In this document: positions 50,665 to 61,890 of the stretch, one piece after another | Layout: every line of letters starts with the position of its first letter | Position numbering within the stretch: position 1 is the stretch's first letter | Assembly (NCBI GenBank): GCA_047495785.1 | Contig: JBLDXI010000015.1 | Coordinates: 2,356,001 to 2,420,000, forward strand | Source of the DNA: Lepidodermella squamata | Taxonomy: Eukaryota > Animalia > Gastrotricha | Length of the DNA stretch: 64,000 bases | Direction: 5' to 3' | The notes under the pieces: generated by a model | The model's database searches: none | Seen by the model: the letters and a program-made list of their open reading frames with translations, nothing else | Told to the model about the DNA's origin: nothing | Position numbers and translations under genes: made by a program

Positions 50665-50937
50665 AATGTCTATATTTTGCAAAAATAATACTCGAATAAA
50701 TTGTCTTTTATTATTCGCAAAATGGCTGTTTTTCTTTACTGATCAATATGAGGTGTCATCGCTGCCAACGTCAATCAACGTGTTTTTCTTCCAGATTAAT
50801 TTTAATTATCAACTGGCAGTGCAAGGAAAGTTGTTATGCCAGTGAATTCTCATGTTATTCACCTGCCTCTAAATGATGATATATTTCGACAGCGCTTTTG
50901 TATTCTTATCTGCGATTTGGTCGACCGAAAGTGTCTA

Positions 50938-51010
50938 GGTTCTGTGGTGTAGTGGTTTAGCACTCTGGACTTTGAATCCAGCGACCCGAGTTCGACTCTC
51001 GGCAGGACCT
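50938..51010 (+). tRNA. tRNA-Gln(TTG)
   Basis: GGTTCTG...CAGGACCT, anticodon arm CTGGA-CTTTGAA-TCCAG, T-run. Confidence 0.93.
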
Positions 51011-51457
51011 TAATATTTTTTCTACTAGTTTTTATTATTTTTATTTTTTCATCCCAGTTTTCAATTTCATGACTTTTAATTACTTTTACCATAGACCGAA
51101 AAAACGTGGAGTTGATGTAAAAAAAATGAAAAGTTTGGTCATCAGAGAACTATCGCGATTTTGGTAAATTGCCTTATAGCAAGTCATTGCAATCTGAGAG
51201 CGAAGTCGAATAAACTTATTAAGCTTCAAACCTACTTGTTATTATAATTTTCTGGCTAAATTTACATCTAGGGCAATAAATGCCCTGAAAATTCATTATT
51301 ACCCTTTTTCACTTGATGACACCACGAAGAGTGATGATCAATTAATACCTTTACACCACGCAGTAATCAAATAAAAACGCCACCTTAATGACCTGACCTA
51401 TAATTTATTATCATTTTCACGACGCATACAGCAATAAAAAAATCAGAGATAAAGAAG

Positions 51458-52648
51458 TCATGTCTTCTTTTTCGACACATCAATGCTGTCAATTGTGGTA
51501 GCCAGACGGTCGCTGTGAGAACCAATCGAGAGCAACAGGTGCTTGAGGAACTCGCGTTCTTGAGTTAGGATAGCTGAGTGACGATTCATGACATCAGAGT
51601 CGAGGTGCTCGCGAATTTCTCGCTCCAAATGCGACAAAACGCCACGGAACATCCGAAATGAACTGCAAATATTCTGAAAAATAATAAATTAAAATATCAA
51701 AATAAATTATGAGCAGAATTTTTTTTAATAAACAATTTGCATAAACACGCATTATAATATTTTTTTAAATTCAATTTAAAATATGAAATAAATCCATTCA
51801 ATCCTGCCGAATTTTAGTGCGAAATTCCGCAGCTGGCATTTCAAATTCCGCCATTCTTATAAATTGTGAGAAAATTTGATAAAATTGAGCTAATAATTTT
51901 AGGAATTAAGGAAAACATTCACCACCTGATTTGCCTTTTGCAGAGCTGAATTTCTTCCCTGAATGCTCTCCTCCAGCTGCAACACTCGAGCTTCGTTTTT
52001 CTTCATTACAGCCATTTGAGCGTCTACGAAAAAATATGTAAAATGAAATGAAAAAAGTTAATTCGAACCTTTTTTCTCGAGTTCAGCTGCCTGTTGTTCA
52101 TTTTCAACCTTCAGCTTTGCAATCTGAGCCTTCAAATGAGCATGATAAGCCATGTCGCGAGTTTTGAACTGCTCGTGCCGCTTAGCCTTGTCGTCGTTGT
52201 CGTGGCGACTGGCGGCCTTCAACCGCTCATTTTCCCGCACCAGCGCCGCATTCGTCGACGTCCAGCCGTTTGTAGCCACCCTGTGCAGGTCTTCCAATTT
52301 CGACTTCTCCCGTACCAACTCGGAGCGATCAACAGTCAGCCGCGCGTTGTCACCCTTAACCCTAGCCAACTCGGATCGAAATTGTTCCAACTCAGCCTTC
52401 AGGCTCGTAATTTCCTCGGAGCAACACTCGTGATTTTTCAGCTCAGCAGCCTCAGCCGTCGAATCGCAGTGGTCGTCGTAGTTATCAGCATCGATGCCGT
52501 AGAATTGAGCGATTGCTGCGATGAATTGATCACTGGGACGTTCGCGTAAAAACGCCGAAATTAAGCTGGACGGCAGCTTGCAACGAGACAAAATTTCGCG
52601 GTGAGCTTTCTGTCTCGAATCATTATCGAAATTCGTCAAATCGTTCAT
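51458..52648 (-). CDS. Coiled-coil protein of unknown function (3 exons: ~52648-52069, ~52003-51925, ~51674-51458)
   Basis: Heptad-rich ORFs linked by GT-AG introns. Confidence 0.6.
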
Positions 52649-52799
52649 TTTTAAAACAAATTTCTAAGAAAAGAAAATGGAAAAATTGAAGTTTTTGGTT
52701 TTTATTTTGATTAACATTATTTATTGAGTGAACGAGATGAAACAAGAACAGAATTATTGAATTGAAGGTTAGTCCGATTTGGTCGAATTTCAACTTTGA

Positions 52800-54927
52800 T
52801 TAGCGGTTTTGAAGCTGCTGAATTTTCATCTCGAGTTCGGCGACCTTCTTAGCTTGTTTTTCAATCAGGCGCGCATGTTCATGCCACATAGACCTGCCTG
52901 GAAGTTCAGGTGCATCAGCGCCAGCACCGCGAGCTAGATCAAAAAAGTTCAAGAATCATTACACCATGTCCCATAGGTAACGCAAGCAAAAAAATCACGG
53001 AAAAGGGTTCAGAAACTCTAAAATGAGAGACGAAGTCCCGCCTCACAGGCCAGAAAAAATTTAGAAATTTTTTAAAAAATCACAGCATATTTTCCCGGCA
53101 ACCCTGATGAATTTCAACCTATTTTTCTATCAATCGACTGCGGTCATAGCGGCCATATCTCTTGTTTATTAAAAAATCCGGAGAAAGTTGGTCTAACCCC
53201 GTAAAATACCGAAAATTACCGATCTAGTAGCAATCGGGGTTTTCCGAGATTTCTCCGGTTATTTCTTCGGCTAAATCACGGATTAAGGATGTCAAAGGTT
53301 GTTTTCGAAGCGTAAAATTTATCAATTGAACAATCAACTGGTTCTCAACTCAAGAAAATGTTCAAAAGTTCAAGCTTATTGAAATTTTCGCACCAATCTA
53401 CGATTAATAAAAAATGAAAGGATAGCTCAGAAAATTCTCTATCGAATATATTTGGATTTTGGCGCGTGAAAAATAAACAGAAATTAATGTTGCGCACTTC
53501 CCAACTTTTGAGGAGCGAGTGCACGAACTCTCAACTAGCGCGCAAAATTTAAGGTGCGCGTAAAACTTATTTATTTCAGCTTTTCGCGCGATAACAACAT
53601 ATTCAATCGATAGAGAATTGTCAGAAAAATTGTTCAGTTTAAATACCGACGCGATATTTAAAAGAAACCCTTTGACATTTTCGCGCGCGGTTTTAAATTT
53701 GTTGAAAAAATGATTCAACTGATGCGCATGACCCAAGTCCTGGTTTTTTAACAAATTTTACACCGCGCGCGAAGACGTCAAAGGGTTACTTTTAAATATT
53801 GCGTTGGTTTTTATTCTGAACAATAATTCTGACTATTCTCTATCGATTGAATATAGTGTTCTCGCGGGAAAAAAATAAAATAAAACAGTATTACGTGCAC
53901 CTTAAATTCCACGCGGTGGTTAGAAGCGCGCACAAGCGCAAATGGAAAGTTGGAGTGCGCGTAAATTTTAATTTTTCTCGGTATAGAAACCCCATATTCA
54001 TTTGATAGAGAATTATTTGAGCTTCATTTTGGAATAAAAACCGCTCGGATATTCGAAAATTGCCCTTTGACATCTGCGCGCGGCCAAAATTTTGTTTAAA
54101 ATTGCCGACTTAGCGTTTTGCACTTCACTTTACCATCCAATTGCGCAATCTACGCATGGGGGCCGGACGGACTAATAGCCCGGAATTTAGCAAATAATTC
54201 GAGTATATATTTTAATCAATGCCTAGACTCGCTATTCTGCCAAAAACCACTCCTTAATTATTGCATACACGCAATACGAAAATTTCCCGAGTATTTTCAA
54301 ATATTAATTAAAAAAGTGTAAAAAGTAACTTGAAATTGGCTTTGTTTTGCTCAATTTTCTCTACTTTGTAGTAGACCCCAAGATGGAACTATTTATTCAT
54401 GAAAAGAAAAGTTTACCTTCTTCAGCAGAAATCCTTATGGTATCCTCCAGCTTGCGGTTTTTATCGCCCAGCCTCTCGATTTCGCGCTGCATCTGCGCCA
54501 AACGGCTGCGGAAGCAGAATGACGAATGCCGTTCACCTTGGCAGTTGCAATTGATTTTGATGACGCCATTCTTCTTGTCAGATTTCGCAACAAATCCAAC
54601 AGTTACAACGCACCGGCTATTCGGCCTCGCGCTTTTCTCCTCGACTCGCGACGCCTTCTTCGCCAAGTTGATAGGCTGCGCATCGATCTTCTGGCTGATT
54701 TCAGCACGCGGCTGAACGACCGGTCCGTGTTCAACCGGCGTTGATCTCAGGCGATCGAAGCTATTTCCATGAGCCATATTAATTTCACGATTAAGCAGAT
54801 ATCTACTCCAAACACAGTCCGGGACGCCCTGCATAAAATGCTTTTCACGGATGAGACGGCGCTGAATGCCGATCGTGGAAGCCGCAGAAGACGAGGCAAC
54901 AAGTGGCAGGGACGAGTTACGATGCAT
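52800..54927 (-). CDS. Coiled-coil protein of unknown function (exon ending at ~54417 spliced to 52934-52800; start uncertain)
   Basis: SAEEG|GTAAAC donor joins in frame to ARGAG...ELEMKIQQLQNR*. Confidence 0.55.
53413..54032. repeat. Foldback element: ~300-bp imperfect inverted arms with internally repeated modules, intronic
   Basis: e.g. ATTCAATCGATAGAGAAT...CCCTTTGAC...GCGCGCGG mirrored around ~53725. Confidence 0.75.
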
Positions 54928-56144
54928 AGGTATCGCACGATTTATTGATAAGCAAAGTTCGGGAAATAATAACACGACCAGAATGTTGATTTTGAGAAAT
55001 GAAATGAAATTTCTCGATCGGTAGATATCAGGTGTTTCACGGACGGATGAATTCATCGCGCGGTTACCTTTATGCCGCCCGTATAATTGCACCTGCGCTC
55101 GCGTGCATGTCAGGGTGCGTGCGTGAGGTGTGCGCGCATTGCGCAATAATAATTAATTGCTCCTTCCAGACACACACCTGCATCGATTTGAGGCGTGAGA
55201 AATCAGTGGCAAGTCAAATTAAGGTGGTCGATTTGCGTTCAAAGGCCTCAGCGAAGCGCGGAACGCCGTTGGTGTTACGAAGAAGCTAGACTGATAATTT
55301 ACATTTTGAAATTCAATTCAACTGAAATTGTGAACCATTAAAAGAAATATTTTTAAGAGATGCTCATTATTGGGCAATAGGCATTCTGATTTACAGCATC
55401 TCCTATAAATCACGCAGGCAATGAAATTACACGCGGATAATTGGTCAGAGATCTTGAGTCGCGTCTCACGGCCTGAAATATTCGGAATTATGACATGAAT
55501 CTAATAATTTTGGCATTAAACTTGTTACAGGAAAAAAATCCGGAAAATGTGATCAAACTGGGTAAAATACTAAGAATTACCGATGGGTTTTACCGGGCTT
55601 TCTTTGGTAATTTGTTTTTAATTTCTTCGATGAAAACTCGGTTGAAGGGCGGGAAATTCAACGATTTTTACTGAGGCGACCACCTCGCGACGAGGCTGGA
55701 AATCAAATTCCTACTAACTGCCTGCCCACCCAATGCTCCTGAGCGCCGACTATCAGGATAAACTTCAAAGCAATCAATCGGCTGTGATATTTTAGTCTAG
55801 AAGTGGTTTTAGCCTTAATCGCGCCGAGTCGATTAAACCTAAAGCAAGCCTCCACTTTTCCACCTGGTTTCCATTAAAATAGTTGGACGTTAAAAAAAAA
55901 CAGCGCAATTTCAATCGAATAATATTATTTACTTCCCGTCAAGGGGTCGGACGAAAATTATGAAGCAATAATAATTGAAAAAAAAGTTGAAAGTATACAA
56001 TGCTCGATATAAAGTCAACACGCTGAAAAATTACAAATAATTACAACTCTGAGCCATCGTTTCTCTCCCTTTAAACTATTAATTCTAAGCGTGATCAGCT
56101 GCAGCTCCAGCACCGCTTATCGATTTATTTCCGATTATTCGCCA

Positions 56145-57337
56145 TTATTGACGCTGCAAAGCAGACAGCGCATGCTTGGAGCGGTCAATCTCCCTGGCTA
56201 ATTCCGGAATATGTCGGCGATGAACGAGACCATTCGGCACTCTGCTCGGCTGGGCTTCGTACTGGGCTAAAAAATTTAAGAAATTTATTTATTAATTGCT
56301 GGTAATTGATGAATAATACTAAGGGTTTTCTTATAGTCCGTTTCCGAATAAAAAAAATATTAAATAATTTCAATAATTTTAAAATTTTTAAAATTTTTAA
56401 TTTTAATTTCAATTTAATAATAATTTCAAAATATTCATGTTGTGTTATAAAAACTTATAAAAAAATTACTTTTTATCGGTGAAACCGCCCGATCGGAGAG
56501 CTTCTTTGGCTTCAGTTGCCGCTTTAGATTTTCAATTTCCAAACGCATGGCGTTTTGCTTCTTGAGTTCGAATTCTTTCAGGGCTTCGAATTTTTTCCGA
56601 TTTTCCTCCTTCAAATTCGCGTTATATGACTTGAATTCGCTTCTAGCATCGGATTCCCACTTTTCCATAACTTCCCGCAGTCTTCGCTGCTCGCCTTCCT
56701 TCCAATTGTCCAACATTCGCATTTTAGCCGCCAGATTTTCCTCCTCTGATTTCTTCCAAATTTCCAAATTTTCCTTTAACTGCAAGACTTGTTCCTCCCT
56801 TGATTTCAGCGCGTCTTCCAATTCTTTCAAATTTAGCAACCGCGCGCGTTCCCATTCGGCAAATTCCTGTTTCAGACGCTCCAATTCGGCGACTTGTTTC
56901 CGATAATCTTCCTCGCAAATCGTAACATCCGAATTTTGTAAACAAACACTGCTGTTTGACACTTCGGCTTCGAGTTTTGAATTGAACCTGGCAAATTTAT
57001 CGCTGCAGTTCGAATTTGATGATTCGCAAATTATGGTCTTGCTATTTTCTAAATCACTAATAATTGTAGGCTTAATGTCTTCTTTGCAGGCCACACTAGC
57101 CCGCCAGGCTTCGATCTCAAGTCGCATAGCATCGACTTGAAGTTGAAGTTGTAAACAGTCGCCTTCCAGCGCTTTTTTCTCGCCCTTAATCGTGCTGATT
57201 TCTTGCTTTTGACGACGCAGAAAATCGATGAGGCCTCGATTGGCGGCGATTAAAGGAAATTTCTTCCGAATAAGATCGATCAGCTCCTTTGGCAGGCCGC
57301 ATTCTTCGTACTGGCGGGCGAAAGTTTCGTTCATCAT
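56145..57337 (-). CDS. Long coiled-coil protein of unknown function (2 exons)
   Basis: ~290-aa E/K/L-rich heptad ORF plus a short terminal exon after a TTTTAG acceptor at ~56268. Confidence 0.6.
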
Positions 57338-58525
57338 CGGCTCTCGCTTCCTCAGCAGAGAATTTTGTAAATTTATTCTACACAACCACATGAAAAAAAA
57401 TAGTTGGCAAATTTTAGGTAAAAATTAATTAAAAAAATATTCGAATCAATTGAAAAATTTGAATTTTGGATAGCAATTTTTTATTTATCGCGAGTTTTTC
57501 GTCGGGGAATCATAGCGCGCGTTGAACCTTGACCGCGCGCAAAAAACGCGCAAAAATAGCGTAAACACGAGCGCGGGAAAATTTGAATTAAAATTTTAAA
57601 TATGCTTATTAAAACCACTTTATGAAAAAATATATCAAAAATGTAAGAGAGGAATGTCTTAAGAATTACGCCACGACAAATGCTCCGGCAATAATTGGCC
57701 GGCGGGCAGACTAATTGGAAATAATTCATAATTCCTATAATTAAAAAATTAAAGGGTTCAGAAACTCTAAAATGAGAGGCGAAGTCACATCGCATGGCCA
57801 GAACATTTTAGAAAAATTCAAAAAATCACGAGACTAGTAATCGAGTTTGTCACTACTTGAAAGGATTAAACCAATCCAGAGAAATTCGTCAAATTGGGTA
57901 AAATACCGAAAATTACCGATCCATCGGTGTTTTTCGAGTTTTCTCCGGTAACTTTTTTCTTAGGTTAAATCGCAAGTAAAAGATTAATCTCTCGGTAGGT
58001 TTAATTTGGAAAAATTAGTTGAATTTCCTATTAAAAGTTGCAAAATTAAAAAATAGTTGCGCAAATTCTGGGACACTCTGTAACTGCCTAGACGCACCCA
58101 CTCACTGCGGTAAAGTTGCCCAATGGCGCATGACCGAAGTAATAATATGAGTCAATTTCTCGAAAACTGATGCTCATCGCCTAATACTGGGTCTATATCG
58201 TAGCACCGATTCGCGCTGGGATTGGTCCCTCTGGTCACCGCACACGAAATCATGCTATTATAAGCAATCACCCGAAGTGAGCCGCGATTATGCATCGCAG
58301 TAGTGCCGTGCCTTTATGCTTGAGGCTGATACACCACTCCCGTGCTGTACTACACTAGTCATACGCATACGCATACGATCGCTGAAAACAGGCAACGCAA
58401 AATTGACAATCGTAACCGTGCGCGTGGGCGTCGGTTTGGGACCGGGCCCCGTTGGCCGAAATCGAAGCGCGCGCGCACCGAAATGAACAATGAACGCAGA
58501 TTGACGTGTTTTACAAGTGCTAAAC

Positions 58526-59510
58526 GCATGAAGTTGTCAGTTGTCACTTTCCTAGCGATGTCTGCTTCTAATAAAAACATCGAAATTGCGCAATTTGTTA
58601 TTTTCGAGCACCCGCGCCTGTCCTAAGCCTAAGCCTAAGCTTATAGGCTTAATGACGAGCGTATACAGGCGAAAATCGAAAACTACTTGAGATTTGAGTG
58701 TATCTTCTGTATGCCTATGGGGATTTAAACACTATCTCTTATGAGGCATAACTTGGCAACTGCCACTCCTCATTCGATAAATTTGTAAATGAAATTGAAG
58801 TGAAAATTATAGCTGGCCTCGGTCAACTGTATAATTAATCCATGCAATTAAGGTGAAAATTTGGCATCGCCGCCAAATATATTCCACTCCGTATAGATGC
58901 GTGGGTTGTGGACCAACGCCTCGCCGCTCGTTATAAACCCGTTAGAAATTTTACCATTGACGCGCTATAAACAGAGCAATTTATTGCAGCAAATTACACG
59001 CGGAAGCCGCAATGCGGCCGCATAACTTTCCGCTGTGGTAACAACTTTACCGCTACGCGCTAACAATGCTGCTAATAATTTTCAAAATATTGATAGCTTC
59101 GATCAAGTTGAAATTTTTGTGAAAATTTGAGTATCAAATAAAATTTATTTCAAATAATTTTATAAATATTTCAAATAAAATAGAAGAAAATTAATTGCGA
59201 ATTGTAGCAATTAAAATTAGATGTAAGCTAACATGGAAAACAGCAAAAATCAAGCTTCGAAAGGGAATAATCCAGGCACTGATGGGACTTTAATGTACTT
59301 GAATAATGACTCGAAGCGCGAGAGCCAAGGACCAAGGAGTGACGTAGTCATAATAAAATCCTTCTAGCGTTGACAAATCTGCGTGATTTCCTCATCGTAA
59401 TCGCTGCATGAAGTTGTCAGTTGTCACTTTCCTAGCGATGTCTGCTTCTAATAAAAACATCGAAATTGCGCAATTTGTCATTTTAAAGCACCCGCGCCTG
59501 TCCTAAGCCT
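58526..59510. repeat. Two 105-bp direct repeats (58526-58630, 59406-59510)
   Basis: 3 mismatches seen; the first copy runs into (CCTAAG)3. Confidence 0.8.
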
Positions 59511-59899
59511 GTCGTTACCTTCTCGTAGCCGGTATATTAGCGTGTTAGTGAATATATTAGCAAAACACGGGCGCGCGCGGTTACAACCAGTAGGGTGCGC
59601 AAATTAGGTGCCTGGGCGCTGAAGAGCGCCGCAGGGTGCGCACACAGGGTCAGATCGACGCTCAAATAAGCCGAGTTTTGAGCGGCGGGTAATAAATAGT
59701 CTTGGAGAAACAGTACTACCAAAACTCTAAATCAAATAAGATGAATTAAAATATTATTACCCATTTGCTGATTTCGCGGTTAAATCATTAAGGCTATTAA
59801 ATTGATCGAATGAAAATAAATTTCGACAATAAGCGCCGACAAATGGTGACACGCACATAAAAATAGCGAAATTTGATGCCAATATCATATATGCCTAGA

Positions 59900-60580
59900 T
59901 GGGATATAAAAGCGCGGCCGAATTTGACTCTCAATTAAATCAAAATTTCTCACTAATTTTCGAATTACCCGCATCATGAGCCAGCGCAAATTCGGCCGAG
60001 TCCTGGGCAGCAACCGCAAACACAATCTCAAAAATCTGCAAATAAGTATCTACCAGTAAAATCGAATTTATTTTTAGCGAAAACCAAATTCTCATTTAAT
60101 TGTCTAATTTCATGTTAATTGCCGTTAGTCGTAACATTGCGCGCGGTCTGAGGCGCCTCGCTCTGAAATTGTATATCTACTAATTTTCGGTGGTGAGATT
60201 TTGGGCCTGTACATTTAATTTCGGTGGATTTAAATTCGATTTTATGTTGGCCGCTGAGGAAAATAGATTTATTTTAATTACAATTAATATTCGGTGGTTT
60301 TAATTTCGGTATTTTCGCAAAAAACACCGAATATCAAACCGAAAATTACGAAAAAAGCACTAAGCTAAAGTTAGCTGCGTATTATTTCGCGGACACCATA
60401 GCGTTAAGTTAGACAATTAAAAGCGAATTTAGCTTAAAGGTGATTCGATAAAAAAAATCACCTGATTTTTGTCCAGAACTCGGCTGAATTTGCGTCGGCT
60501 CATGATGCGTGAAAACGATGAGTATTTAGTGAGAATTTTCGATTGAATTTTCGACTCATCTTAGGTCGCCCTTTATACCC
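59900..60580. other. Inverted pair of paralogous TATA-box/micro-ORF units (59976-60059 +, 60429-60503 -)
   Basis: TATAAA ~70 nt before CGCATCATGAGCC in both arms; peptides MSQRKFGRVLG... and MSRRKFSRVLD... Confidence 0.5.
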
Positions 60581-61890
60581 CCCCTCGTGACAGTTTCATT
60601 TTCAAAGTGGTTATTACCTTGACATTATCTAGACAACGCCGCCCTCAAATTATCGGGCCGCTTATTTATTTTGACACATCTTATGTTTGATCATGGCGAT
60701 TTTAGGTGAGATATCATATTGGTCGGCCTTTTGACACTCGTTTGATTTTGAGCAATGCTCAGTGACCCGTCCCATCATTTAGCGATCTAATATCACACTT
60801 CTTGACAACTGGTGCCGTGGGCGCGCTATAATTATAGGTGCGCATCCGCTCGGCATTTCGCATGATTAAAACAACTGCTCATTCGCACATTGCCAGGCCG
60901 GCGTGTACAAGGACACGTTTAACTGCTCATTTTCGGTAGCCATCTCTCGCGCAAAAATTGATACCACGTTTTCACTTGAATTCTCATTTTACTTCAACAT
61001 CATGCCGATGAAACCTACTGCGAGCAAGTTGAAGCGCGTGTCGTGGCAATTCTGCTATTCGCGTCCTCCGACTTTAACGCTCGACACAGTCGACCCGCTC
61101 CTGCTATTCGAGCCTCGAATCTTGACCGTTCCAAGACCGATCCGTTTCATCGCGTACTACCTCGCTTGCGAGTGCGGCCATATTGCCAAGTGTGAGCCAT
61201 CCTTTTTCGCCGATGATCTACTCGCTAGCAGCCATGTCTTCTAATACATTGTGATTTTTCTATAAATTTCCGTCCGTTTTATTCGTCGCTTTTATTCATC
61301 TCAGTTCTCAGTATGTAAATTTTGTGTCAAGGAAAGGTAAGGAATGGAAAAGAAAGGAAAGGAAAGGACCTAGTGTTATCCACCTTAAAAAATTAATAAT
61401 TTGATATTAATTATTAATTTCCACTTTCACCCTTTTTTATTATCTGACATGTTATTGTGAGAGTTGGCGCGCAGGCGTCTTTTTTGACGTCAACACTGGC
61501 CAAGGCTGTCTAAAATACGCCTATTTGTACGGTTTCATAAATGTCCTTGAGCACGAAATTCGTTGCGTGGGTTTGCATAGAACAGGCAAGCTCGACCCTG
61601 CTCGACCGCCTTGTAAACGCCTCGCCCCAACGGGGCGTTTCTCATCATCCTGAGAGTGAGCTTAACACATTCCAAGACCTGGCTTGCCATATTAGTCCGT
61701 TGTTGTTGCCGGAAATCAAGTGTCGCACCGTCACTCGCTTTAGATCGCACTTAACCAGAGCTCTCAAGGTCTCTAATTACGGCCGTAGGCGACGGTTATT
61801 TTAGTACGGTTGGGAAGCGTGGTGTCCTTTCAAGTCTTGAATACCTATAGCTAGGGTATACCGTTCGTCAATTTTGAAAGCTCAAAGAAT

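Noticed and set aside
60903-61244. 113-aa ORF downstream of a TATA-like motif
   Set aside because: No recognisable domain, splice support or paralogue in the window
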